64,000 nt of DNA from a virus: positions 64,001 through 128,000 of IMG/VR virus record IMGVR_UViG_3300005573_001166; one strand, written 5' to 3'. The notes beneath the pieces are model-generated. The model worked only from the letters and a program-made list of their open reading frames with translations, was not told where the DNA came from and did no database searches. The position numbers and the translations under genes were made by a program. Below, in pieces: positions 27,151-36,832 of this stretch (within the stretch, counting starts at the first letter, position 1; the number at the start of each line of letters is the position of its first letter).

Positions 27151-28848
27151 TTGAGGGTAGCAGATTATATAACAGATTTTATCTATAAGTTAGGAGTAGA
27201 TACCGTCTTTACATTGGTCGGCGGCGGGTCTATATACCTAGACGATAGTTTAGAGTTGCATCCTAACATGAAATATATATGTGTTTGCAATGAGGCTACC
27301 GCTCCTATGATGGCAGAAGCCTATGCTAGGATAAAGGGGGGAATGGGAGCAACATATGTTACAACAGGTCCTGGAGGTACTAATGCTGTAACTGGGTTAG
27401 CAGAAGCCTATGTAGATTCTGCACCTATAATAATCATATCGGGTCAAGTTCCTCTTAAACATACTACGCATTTACTAAACAAATCGGGGGAAAGGCTTAG
27501 GACGTTCGGTACGCAGGAATTAGACATTATCAGTGTAGTTAAGCCTTTAACAAAGTATGCAGAAATGATAACAGATCCTAAAAGTATAAGGTATCACTTA
27601 GAGAAAGCTGCTTATTTAGCGGCTAAAGACAGAAAGGGGCCTGTTTGGTTAGATATTCCTTTAGATATACAAGCTGCAGAAATAACTCCCTCTGCATTAG
27701 AAGGCTTCACTCCAGAGGATGAAAAGGAAGAGATACTGTATGCGGATTTATGTAAAGTAATAGACTATTTACAGAGAGCAGAGAGGCCTCTAATAATAGC
27801 GGGTCAAGGTATAAGGGCTTCTAAATCGATACCTATATTCAGGAAGCTAGTACAGATGTTAAACATACCTATAGTATTCTCTAGATTGGGACAGGATCTA
27901 TTGCCCCACAATCATCCTAATGTTATAGGACATGGGGGTACAAAAGGTATTAGAGCAGCTGCTACTATTATGAGAGAGGCGGATGTGATTTTATGCCTAG
28001 GTTCTCGACTCTCTATACCTTTCGTCGGTGATAATTTAGAAATGATATCTGAGGATGCAGAAATAATAGTGGTAGATATAGACTTTGCAGAGCTTAGAAA
28101 ACCCGGAGTACTTATATCTTTAGCAATACAAGCAGATGTAAGTGATTTCATAAAGCAGCTTATTAACCTTTTATCTGAGATAGGTATAAAGGATCACAGC
28201 AACTGGATGTCTTACTGTAGAGATGTTAAGGAAAGGGAGGCTGTTAAACTTACGCAATTTACTGGTAATCCTATAAACCTATACTGGTTTTTATACAAAC
28301 TAGATCTATTCTCAGAAGACTATCATATCTTTATAAGTGATGCAGGCTCTAGTTACTTTGTATCCGGCCAGATGCTAAAATTTGAGAGAGGGCAGAGAGA
28401 GATTACATCAGGAGCATTTGCATCTATGGGACTTACAATCCCGCTAGCTATAGGAACTGCTGTTGCTTGTCCTAATAAACAAATATTAGCTGTAACAGGA
28501 GACGGCTCTCTAGAACTTAATATGCAAGAGTTAAAAACGATGGCGTGTAATAGACTTAACATAAAGCTTTTTGTTATTAATAACGGAGGATATGCATCTA
28601 TTAGAAATACGCAAGATGCTTTACTTGACAGCAGATATGTAGGATCTAATCAATACGAAGCAGGTACCTTAAATCTAAAGGCACTAGCTGATACTTTCGG
28701 ATTAGATTACTATAAAATAGACGATTGGAAGACCATTGACAAACAATTAAACGTAATTACCAAAGAAGACACCCCTGCCTTTATAGAAGTAATCTGTACC
28801 CCAAAACAAATCATACTAGAAAAAAAGAATAATTGGGGAGAGGTATAG
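27151..28848 (+). CDS. Acetolactate synthase-like ThDP-binding carboligase (YerE-like)
   Basis: NEATA.MMAEAYAR, VTTGPGGTNA.TG, GPVWLDIPLDIQ, GDGSL..N.QEL...NNGGY. Confidence 0.88.
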   Translation: MRVADYITDFIYKLGVDTVFTLVGGGSIYLDDSLELHPNMKYICVCNEATAPMMAEAYARIKGGMGATYVTTGPGGTNAVTGLAEAYVDSAPIIIISGQVPLKHTTHLLNKSGERLRTFGTQELDIISVVKPLTKYAEMITDPKSIRYHLEKAAYLAAKDRKGPVWLDIPLDIQAAEITPSALEGFTPEDEKEEILYADLCKVIDYLQRAERPLIIAGQGIRASKSIPIFRKLVQMLNIPIVFSRLGQDLLPHNHPNVIGHGGTKGIRAAATIMREADVILCLGSRLSIPFVGDNLEMISEDAEIIVVDIDFAELRKPGVLISLAIQADVSDFIKQLINLLSEIGIKDHSNWMSYCRDVKEREAVKLTQFTGNPINLYWFLYKLDLFSEDYHIFISDAGSSYFVSGQMLKFERGQREITSGAFASMGLTIPLAIGTAVACPNKQILAVTGDGSLELNMQELKTMACNRLNIKLFVINNGGYASIRNTQDALLDSRYVGSNQYEAGTLNLKALADTFGLDYYKIDDWKTIDKQLNVITKEDTPAFIEVICTPKQIILEKKNNWGEV

Positions 28849-28900
28849 TAATTACATACCCCTACAACAGAAAGGCCTTTATAGGGGGTTTTAGGCCGTT
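28848..28900. repeat. Dispersed dyad element, copy 1 (centre plus right arm)
   Basis: GTAATTAC at 28848-28855, then AAAGGCCTTTATAGGGGGTTTTAGGCC at 28871-28897. Confidence 0.75.
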
Positions 28901-28929
28901 TTAGCCGTATTTTAAGGAGAGATTTAAAT

Positions 28930-29727
28930 TTGAAAGATATATCGTTTTTAAAGCGCAAGGCTAATCAATTTAGGGTAGATGTTTTAAGGAAAACGTATGA
29001 GACAAAAAAAGGTCACATAGGAGGAACTTTCTCCTGTATAGATATTTTAGTATATCTATATTACAATCTACTGCATATCCCATCGCCCACAGATAGTAAT
29101 AGGGATAGGGTTGTAATAGGTAAGGGACATATATGTTATGCTTTATATTGTATATTTGCAGATTTGGGTTGGATAGATAATGAGTTACTAGATGAGTGGG
29201 GTAAAAACGGTAGCTTTTTAGGGGGACAATTACACATAGATACTCCTGGGGTAGAGTATAGTTCTGGTTCTTTAGGGCATGCAGTAGGAGTTGGGGCGGG
29301 AATGGCTTGGGTAGCAAAGCATGATGGTAGAAAGTTTAAGGTATATGCTTTAATAGGAGATGGGGAGTGTGCTGAGGGGTCTATATGGGAGGCAATATCT
29401 TTTGCTGTAGCTGCTAAATTAGACAATCTAATAGTGATTGTAGATAGTAATAAGTTATCTGCTACAGATGTATCAGATGACCCTTTGCTTCCTAAAAAGT
29501 TTGAGTCTTTTGGTTGTACTGTTTATAGGGTAGACGGTCATGATTTTCAGGCATTAGATAACTGTTTTTCCAATATCTCTGGTCTGGGCCCCTCTGTTGT
29601 TATAGCCGATACTATAAAAGGCAAAGGTATATCTTTTGCAGAGCATGTTGCTAGGTGGCATAATGGTATCCCGAGTGAGCAGGAGTACTTTTCAGCTTTA
29701 ACAGAGTTAAGCGCCTTGGGAGTATAA
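28930..29727 (+). CDS. Transketolase, N-terminal subunit
   Basis: GHIGG.FS..DIL, RDR..IGKGH, SSGSLGH, GDGECAEGSIWEA...D.N, TIKGKG. Confidence 0.9.
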   Translation: MKDISFLKRKANQFRVDVLRKTYETKKGHIGGTFSCIDILVYLYYNLLHIPSPTDSNRDRVVIGKGHICYALYCIFADLGWIDNELLDEWGKNGSFLGGQLHIDTPGVEYSSGSLGHAVGVGAGMAWVAKHDGRKFKVYALIGDGECAEGSIWEAISFAVAAKLDNLIVIVDSNKLSATDVSDDPLLPKKFESFGCTVYRVDGHDFQALDNCFSNISGLGPSVVIADTIKGKGISFAEHVARWHNGIPSEQEYFSALTELSALGV

Positions 29728-29728
29728 A

Positions 29729-30595
29729 ATGGATATAAGAGATGTATTATTTGATACCGTATACGAGTTAGCAGCTGCGGATGACAGATTAATCTTTATA
29801 ACTGCAGATGCCGACGCATTTAGTTTGCATAAGTTTAAGAAAGATTTCCCGGATAGATTTATAAATATAGGGGTTGCCGAGCAGGCTTTAATAGATGTAG
29901 CTGCTGGTATAGCATTGACAGGTAAGAAGGTTTTTGTATATGCTATTACTCCTTTTATTACGATGAGGGTGTTTGAGCATATCAAAACTACCATGTGCGC
30001 TATGAATTTACCTGTAGTTATTATAGGGTTAGGTGTAGGCTTATCTTTTGGAAATGACGGCCCTACTCATCATGCTACCCAAGACATCTCAATAATGAGA
30101 GCATTGCCTGAATTGTCTATATACAATCCCTTTGACGCTTTTACCGCTAAAGAAAGTATAATAGAAGCGTATGAGGGGGGTGCTCCTAGCTACATACGGC
30201 TGGATAAAGGGGAGTATCCTAACAGGGAATATGAGTATAAGAGTGGAGTAGCCGTTAGAAGGGTTTTTACTGCAGACAGATTGATAATAAGTACGGGTAC
30301 TATAGTACATACTATATTAGAGGTAGACTCTTACAGCGATGTATGGAGCATAGTTAAATTGAAGCCTCTTTGCATAAAGGAACCTTTTGGATATAAAGAG
30401 GTATTTGTAATTGAGGAGCATTCGAAGACTGGAGGGTTGGGATCTGCTTTGAAGGAAAGTTTTCCTAGTTTAGAGTTCAGGCATTACTGTCTACCTGATG
30501 AGCAGATATTTAAATATGGAAGTAGAGAGTATTTATTAGAGCTTTTCGGTTTAGGTAAAAAATCTTTATCAAAAATTTTAGGAGGAAAGATGTGA
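29729..30595 (+). CDS. Transketolase, C-terminal subunit
   Basis: FPDRFINIGVAEQ, GPTHHATQD, YIRLDK, EEHSKTGGLGS. Confidence 0.9.
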   Translation: MDIRDVLFDTVYELAAADDRLIFITADADAFSLHKFKKDFPDRFINIGVAEQALIDVAAGIALTGKKVFVYAITPFITMRVFEHIKTTMCAMNLPVVIIGLGVGLSFGNDGPTHHATQDISIMRALPELSIYNPFDAFTAKESIIEAYEGGAPSYIRLDKGEYPNREYEYKSGVAVRRVFTADRLIISTGTIVHTILEVDSYSDVWSIVKLKPLCIKEPFGYKEVFVIEEHSKTGGLGSALKESFPSLEFRHYCLPDEQIFKYGSREYLLELFGLGKKSLSKILGGKM

Positions 30596-31509
30596 GGATA
30601 ACTATAGAGGATCTAGTTGAATCTTTTGGGGCAACGGCGGAAGATATACCGACAGAAGTAAAAGACTTACTTATCTCAAATCCTTTAGAGTACGAGATAT
30701 TAGAAGGAAAGGATAAGGAGGAGGTTATACTAAAAGTACTTAAAAAGATTTATTCCGATCAACAAAAGGTAGGAACAGAGGAGCGTAAGGAGGTTTGGTT
30801 TAGGGGGTGGAAGGAGAATTTGGACGCTTATAGAGAGAGCAGAGACTTAAAAGACCTAACTCCTAAATTTATAAGGCCCAACTCCCCTATTAGATTTAAA
30901 GGCAACTTTATACAGCCCACAGTGCATAATTTTGAGTTAGACTTTTTCCACTTATTTAGAATTTACCTGTTTAAGAAGTATTTTAAGGGCTTTAAGTATA
31001 TATACGACTTCGGGTGCGGCTCTTGTTTTAACACAGTAATCCTTGCTGCTTTATTTCCGGACTCAACCATTACAGCATTAGACTTCGTTTCTAGTTCTAT
31101 GGAAATAGTAGACGAATTGAAAAAAGACTTCAGCAATATACAAGGCCATTTATTCGACTTAACCCTTCCCAATTATAACGTAAAACTGGAAGAAGAGAGT
31201 CTAGTATTTACGTCAGGTACTATAGAACAAGTAGCTTCCAAGTTTTACCCTTTCTTAAATTACCTACTATATTATAAACCTAAACTCTGTGTCCACATAG
31301 AACCTGTTATAGAGCTATATGACGAGAACAATTTGTTAGATTACTTGGCTATCTTGTTTCATAGAAAAAGAGGCTATAGTACCGGATTTCTACCAGCGTT
31401 ATATGCACTGGTAGAGCTGCGTAAAGTGGAAATATTAAAGGTAAAAAGGCTTCATTTTGGAAGCATGATGATGGAAGGTTTTACTAATATAATCTGGAGG
31501 CCGCTATGA
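30592..31509 (+). CDS. Class I SAM-dependent methyltransferase
   Basis: IYDFGCGS motif I, ALDF, FDLT; lies within the sugar cluster. Confidence 0.75.
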   Translation: MRITIEDLVESFGATAEDIPTEVKDLLISNPLEYEILEGKDKEEVILKVLKKIYSDQQKVGTEERKEVWFRGWKENLDAYRESRDLKDLTPKFIRPNSPIRFKGNFIQPTVHNFELDFFHLFRIYLFKKYFKGFKYIYDFGCGSCFNTVILAALFPDSTITALDFVSSSMEIVDELKKDFSNIQGHLFDLTLPNYNVKLEEESLVFTSGTIEQVASKFYPFLNYLLYYKPKLCVHIEPVIELYDENNLLDYLAILFHRKRGYSTGFLPALYALVELRKVEILKVKRLHFGSMMMEGFTNIIWRPL

Positions 31510-32279
31510 ATCTAGGTTTAAAAGATAAGGTTGCTATAGTAACTGGGGGCAGTCATGGTATAGGTCTAGCTATTGCCCAAGCACTTGCAACAGAAGGCTG
31601 TAAAGTGGTAGTATGTTCTAGAGATCCTATCAAACTTAAGGCTGCTTACGAAGCTGCAAGTAAGGCAATTCTTACTATACAAGCAGACATGACGAAGGAT
31701 GAGGATATACACAAGTTAGTAGATACTACTATAACTAGTTTTGGAACAGTACATATACTTGTAAACAATGTAGGAGGAGGGGGAAGATGGGGCAAGGAGG
31801 ATGTATTAGAGACTCCTTTGCAGGTTTGGCAAGAAGTATACGATAAGAATGTAGGTGCTGCGGTTAAATGTACTTTAGCTGTATTACCTTATATGGTAAA
31901 ACAGAAATGGGGTAGGGTAGTAACTGTAACATCTACATTAGGTAAGGAAGGTGGGGGGAGGCCTTGGTTTAATGTAGCTAAGACGGCAGAAACCGCCTTG
32001 ATGAAAAACTTTGCTTTGAATAAACAATTTGCACGGTGTAATATAACTTTCAACAGTGTTGCCCCTGGCTGTATTATGATTCCTGATACAGGTTGGGATT
32101 TGGAGCAGAAAAGGGATCCGGAGGCATTCAGCAAAATGGTAGATGAGAAATTCCCTTTAGGCAGATTAGGTACTCCGGAAGAGGTTGCATCTGTAGTAGC
32201 ATTTATATGCTCAGAGCAAGCCAGCTTAGTAAACGGGGCATCTATTTTAGTAGACGGGGGAGAGAGCAGGTGTTTCTAA
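31506..32279 (+). CDS. Short-chain dehydrogenase/reductase
   Basis: VTGGSHGIG, LVNNVG, NSVAPG, PLGRLG.PEEVA, VDGG. The catalytic YxxxK appears as FNVAK. Confidence 0.88.
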   Translation: MNLGLKDKVAIVTGGSHGIGLAIAQALATEGCKVVVCSRDPIKLKAAYEAASKAILTIQADMTKDEDIHKLVDTTITSFGTVHILVNNVGGGGRWGKEDVLETPLQVWQEVYDKNVGAAVKCTLAVLPYMVKQKWGRVVTVTSTLGKEGGGRPWFNVAKTAETALMKNFALNKQFARCNITFNSVAPGCIMIPDTGWDLEQKRDPEAFSKMVDEKFPLGRLGTPEEVASVVAFICSEQASLVNGASILVDGGESRCF

Positions 32280-33567
32280 CAGACTGTACTTTGATTATCA
32301 CAACCTACAACAGACCTAACTATTTAGATTACTACAGTTTATATACTCCTTTGACGTTAATATGCCTATATTAGTTGCAGATGCTAGTATGTTGGAGATA
32401 CACAAGCGGAATATTGACTTGCTAAAGAAATACAACGTCAAATATATATATTTGCCTGATGAATTCTTTATGGAGGCTATATCACGATCGTTAATGCTAG
32501 TTAATAGTAATTTTGTAGCATTTTGCCAGGACGACGATTTTATATTCCCCGATTTTATAGCAAGTGCGGTAGACTTTTTAACAGACAATCCTGATTATAT
32601 AATATGTAATGGAAGGTATGCGATAGGTGGTGAAGGCAGCTAACTTTTACAATCTAACAAAGAAGCTGAGCATGAGGATCCTCTTGAAAGGTTAACAGAT
32701 TATATGGGAAGTATGTCCCCTACTTTATTTACTGTGTGACAGACAAAAGGGATTTTAGAGCTACTCCCTTATTTTAATTTGTATCCTTATTACCACCCAC
32801 TACAGGAAATAACATGGACTTGTTTTCCTATGTTACTAGGAAAAATGAAGGTAATAGATAGCTTAAGTAGCATACATGTTATACACGGCACCAACCTTGC
32901 ACAGAGGAACCCAAATATGCCGTATTTAGGTAGTTGGGTAGCTAGTGATAAGCTTACAACGGAAATATTATTAACAACAAATGCAATAAACAACTTACTA
33001 CGTACAAACATTCCTCTATATGAGATAAAAAGCGCTTTTATACTGGGACTTTTACGATATTTCTCTAGTTTCGCTTTTATATTCAAACCAGTTCTCCCGC
33101 CCCCTTTAATCAGGTACGGCGAATCTATACCAAGGTATGCTCCTTTTGTAAAAGAGTTTATTAAAAGTTTATGTCCTATAGAAAGGACAGATAGTTTTGA
33201 CTCAGGAATTTATTTCAGTACAGCTTTCATTACGTCAACAGGGGTAGAGCCTAACCAAGAGTATGTCTCTCAGAGGGCTAAACAGATAGAATCGAGTAAG
33301 GAAAGGTTAAAGTGTCGGCAAGAGGTATTTGATGGCAACCTTTCAGAAAAGCTATATACTTTCAAGTATATAGAAGCTGAAAGTAAGGGATTTACGGATA
33401 CAACTCTTTTAGAATTATTGTTTGCACAAGAGTTCTTTCACAGTATAGAGGGGTGCTATATACCGGATTTCGAACCTGCTGCACTGTTGTATAAAAGAGC
33501 AAATTTACCCCACCCTCAACTTTCACATGCTTTATCGTTAATATCCAGGTATTCAAAAGCTATTTAA
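32270..33567 (+). pseudogene. Disrupted GT2 glycosyltransferase, paralog of 33585..34898
   Basis: Starts GTG-FLTDCTLIITTYNRPNYL. Frameshift near 32327, in-frame TAA at 32641, and TGA at 32737 where the intact paralog has Trp. Confidence 0.85.
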
Positions 33568-33584
33568 ACTTTGGAGGCGAAGAG

Positions 33585-34898
33585 ATGTCTTTAAAAGACT
33601 GTACCTTAGTAATACTAACATACAATAGGCCTAACTTTCTAAACAGGCTACTGCAGTTTTTACACTCATACGGTATAGATATTCCCATACTTGTTGCAGA
33701 TGCTAGTAATCAGAAGATACACCGTCGAAATATAGAGTTACTGCAAAAATACCCCAACACTGACTGTATCTATATACCAGATAGGCAACCTATAGATTCT
33801 ACCGTTTTAGCTGCATCTGTATGTAGCAGTTCTTATATAGCGTTTTGCCATGACGACGATTTTACATTTCCAGATTTTCTAACAGAGGCAATAGATTTTC
33901 TAAAAAGAAACCCTGATTATGTTTTATGTACTGGGCGGTACGGTATATACGATGGAGAGATGACGATACAATCTAACACAAGCTGCGAGTTAGACGATCC
34001 TTTAGAGAGATTGTCTTTTTACCTTTCTAATATGTCTCTTACCCTATTCTCTGTATGGCGCAAGGAAGCAGTTTTAAAACTATCAGCATACAGTGCATTA
34101 TATCCTTATTTTCACTATATGCAAGAGATAGTATATACTAGTTTTTGTGTGCTGTTAGGAAAAATAAAGGTATTAGATAAACTTTCTGTAGTTAGGGTAC
34201 ACCATAGTACCAACCTAGGAAAGAAGGTTCCGGGTTCTTATTGTATAGGAAATGAGATAGTCAACGGCTTCGATGCAGATACAGCACTAGCGGTAAAAGC
34301 AATAAAGGAGATTCTACCTAATAAGTCTGAGCAGGAGATACGTACTGCATTTATCAGCGGGCTTCTGAAACATTTCTCCAGTTTTGCTTTTCTACATCTA
34401 CCTCACTTCCGAAGTAAATTATCAGATTACAATGTTGTTGATATAGATAGCTACTCCCCTCTTATACAAGAGTTTGTATCTGAGATATGCCCCGTATCTA
34501 AAACTACCCCCTTTAGCATGGGGGAGTATTTTGAGAAAGTATTTAAAGCTAAATCAGAAGTACAGATTAACTATCAGCCTTATTTGCTTGAAAGAGAAAG
34601 GCAGATGGAATTAAACAAACCTCGACTTGAATATTGGAAGCAAGCCTTCCTTAGTGACCTGCATAAAAGGTTACACAACTTCAAATTTATAGAAGTAGAG
34701 GAGAAGGGGTTTACAGACACTGAGTTAATAGACCTTTTATTTTTGAGAGAATTTTTTTGTAGTATAGAAGGTTGTTATATACCAGAGTTTGAACCTGCCT
34801 GCATAATATGTAAGAAGATAGGACTTGAGAGTTCAGAAGTAAGGGAGACTTTAGAGTGTTTGAAGTCTTTAGTTGACCGATATCCTATAGGAGTTTAA
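33585..34898 (+). CDS. Glycosyltransferase GT2 (TIGR00180-like)
   Basis: LVILTYNRPNFL, LVADAS, FCHDDDF, FL..NPDY. Confidence 0.82.
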   Translation: MSLKDCTLVILTYNRPNFLNRLLQFLHSYGIDIPILVADASNQKIHRRNIELLQKYPNTDCIYIPDRQPIDSTVLAASVCSSSYIAFCHDDDFTFPDFLTEAIDFLKRNPDYVLCTGRYGIYDGEMTIQSNTSCELDDPLERLSFYLSNMSLTLFSVWRKEAVLKLSAYSALYPYFHYMQEIVYTSFCVLLGKIKVLDKLSVVRVHHSTNLGKKVPGSYCIGNEIVNGFDADTALAVKAIKEILPNKSEQEIRTAFISGLLKHFSSFAFLHLPHFRSKLSDYNVVDIDSYSPLIQEFVSEICPVSKTTPFSMGEYFEKVFKAKSEVQINYQPYLLERERQMELNKPRLEYWKQAFLSDLHKRLHNFKFIEVEEKGFTDTELIDLLFLREFFCSIEGCYIPEFEPACIICKKIGLESSEVRETLECLKSLVDRYPIGV

Positions 34899-34902
34899 AA
34901 AC

Positions 34903-35631
34903 ATGATATCTATCGTTTCTTCCACAGCTAGACCGTTACTATGGTTAGATTTTTACAAGCATCTAGGTACGAATAAAGTAGATTTTGAGGTGATTTTTGT
35001 AGGCCCCAATGAGCCGGATTTCCAACTACCTTCAAATATGCGTTTTATAAAATCACCTGTAAAACCGGCTCAGTGTGTCGAAATAGGTACTAGAGCTGCA
35101 AATGGAGACTATTTACTGGTAACAGCAGACGATCTATTTTTCCAAGATCCTCATCCCTTAGATACCTTATTAGAGGACTTCCTAAGCTATGAAAATGATA
35201 AATTGATGCTTTCTTCTGGATATGCTTGGTACTCACCGACAGCACCGGAAGGTTATGTTAAACTGGGACCAGACTTTCACAAAAGTCCTGAAATAGATGG
35301 TAAGCATTATATACTCCCTGTAGGGTTTACGATAAGAAGGGATTACTATAGATATCTGGGAGGTGTAGATAGAAGGTTTATTGCTTTATATTGGGATTTA
35401 GATTTATGCTATAGAGTAATAAGGGACGGAGGTATTACAGCCTTAAGTAGAGTTACGGCAGTAGAAGTTGTAGTTGCGGGTGTTCTATGCTTGGAGTATC
35501 AGGGTATAGATATGAATCAAACACTTCACGGTTTATGGGGGGATGACTTTATAAGAAAATCTCCGGTAGAGCCTTTTGATGATTATAACATATTAACAGA
35601 GTCTCAAGGGCCGAAAGGAAGATGGGTATGA
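34903..35631 (+). CDS. Glycosyltransferase GT2-like, copy A
   Basis: ISIV, FEVIFV, ANGDYLLVTADD, YLGGVDRRF...WDLDL.YR. Confidence 0.78.
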   Translation: MISIVSSTARPLLWLDFYKHLGTNKVDFEVIFVGPNEPDFQLPSNMRFIKSPVKPAQCVEIGTRAANGDYLLVTADDLFFQDPHPLDTLLEDFLSYENDKLMLSSGYAWYSPTAPEGYVKLGPDFHKSPEIDGKHYILPVGFTIRRDYYRYLGGVDRRFIALYWDLDLCYRVIRDGGITALSRVTAVEVVVAGVLCLEYQGIDMNQTLHGLWGDDFIRKSPVEPFDDYNILTESQGPKGRWV

Positions 35632-36611
35632 AGAAGATAGCCGAATTCTTTAAAGGTAAAAACATTCTTATAACAGGGGGTACAGGTATGATAGGTAGGG
35701 CGATTATAAGACAACTATATCAAATCCCCTGTACCCTTGTAAGTGTTTCACTGGACGATATAACCCTTCCTGGAGTAACTTGTATAAAAGGGGATTTGGC
35801 AGACTTTAACTTCTGTAAGGAGATAACAAAAGGAATAGATTATTGCTTTCACGTTGCCGGTATAAAAGGATCGGCTAGTGTAACAACTACCAAACCTGCC
35901 AGTTTTTTTGTCCCTCTGCTCCAGATGAATACTAATATTCTAGAAGCTTGTAGACTTAACAACGTAGAAAAAATAGTATATACTAGTTCCATAGGAGCTT
36001 ATAGTAGCAAAGATGTATTTAAAGAGACAACCGACATCGAGACGGATCTACCCATGGACGTGTATCCTGGATTTGCTAAGAGAATGGCAGAGTTACAGAT
36101 AAGAGCGTATAACATACAATACAAGCTGTCCAACTTTGCAATAGTTCGTTTATGTAGTGTATATGGGCCGGGAGATAGTTTTGACCCTAACTCGGCAATG
36201 GTGATACCTGCCCTCATATATAGAGTATACCACAAGGTAGAAGATCCTGTTGTTATATGGGGAGACGGATCTGCTATAAGGGATTTCGCTTACTGCGATG
36301 ATATAGCGGTTGGTATAATAAAAGCATTGCATTTTGGAACTAAGTCGAGATATTACAACTTGGGTTCGGGCAAAGGGGTTAGTATTAAACAATTAGTAGA
36401 AACTTTGAGGAAGATAGTTGATTTTAATTATGTTTTTGACACTTCCGTACAGGTGGGTTATTCTAAAAGGGTTATGGACATCACATTAGCTAGAAAGTAT
36501 TTAGACTACAAACCTACTACATCTCTGGAAGCGGGTTTAAAGAAAACATATGATTGGTTTTCTCTCAATGCTAAAGCTTATAAACTAAAAAAGAACTATT
36601 TCCAAGAGTAG
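35628..36611 (+). CDS. NAD(P)-dependent epimerase/reductase, GDP-fucose synthase-like
   Basis: ITGGTGMIG, YGPGD.FD....VIPALI, WGDGSAIRDF. Confidence 0.85.
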   Translation: MKKIAEFFKGKNILITGGTGMIGRAIIRQLYQIPCTLVSVSLDDITLPGVTCIKGDLADFNFCKEITKGIDYCFHVAGIKGSASVTTTKPASFFVPLLQMNTNILEACRLNNVEKIVYTSSIGAYSSKDVFKETTDIETDLPMDVYPGFAKRMAELQIRAYNIQYKLSNFAIVRLCSVYGPGDSFDPNSAMVIPALIYRVYHKVEDPVVIWGDGSAIRDFAYCDDIAVGIIKALHFGTKSRYYNLGSGKGVSIKQLVETLRKIVDFNYVFDTSVQVGYSKRVMDITLARKYLDYKPTTSLEAGLKKTYDWFSLNAKAYKLKKNYFQE

Positions 36612-36832
36612 CAAAGAAACTTACTAATACATCTATTTAGATGTATTACGAACCTGTTTTTTAAAGTCTTTTGACTACCGACTTTGTAACCGAGTACGTT
36701 TTACTCTCAAACTGATTCAAAACCACGGTTGTTCTAAAAAGCAGGTTGAAAAATAATTTTTAGCACTGACAAGCTCTATACGAATTATAAAAACCGAACT
36801 GCTCCGATATCCTACAGGAGTTTAAAAAAAAC

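Noticed and set aside
22526-30595. Auxiliary metabolic genes for pyruvate dehydrogenase, branched-chain amino acid synthesis or the pentose phosphate pathway
   Set aside because: Partner genes (E2/E3, ilvN/C/D, tal, zwf) are absent and the context is NDP-sugar biosynthesis. Transketolase supplying sedoheptulose-7-P remains possible.
32641-32739. Stop-codon reassignment (TGA=Trp)
   Set aside because: The same gene also has a TAA and a frameshift; elsewhere TGA terminates genes (ATGA/TGATG overlaps) and Trp is TGG.
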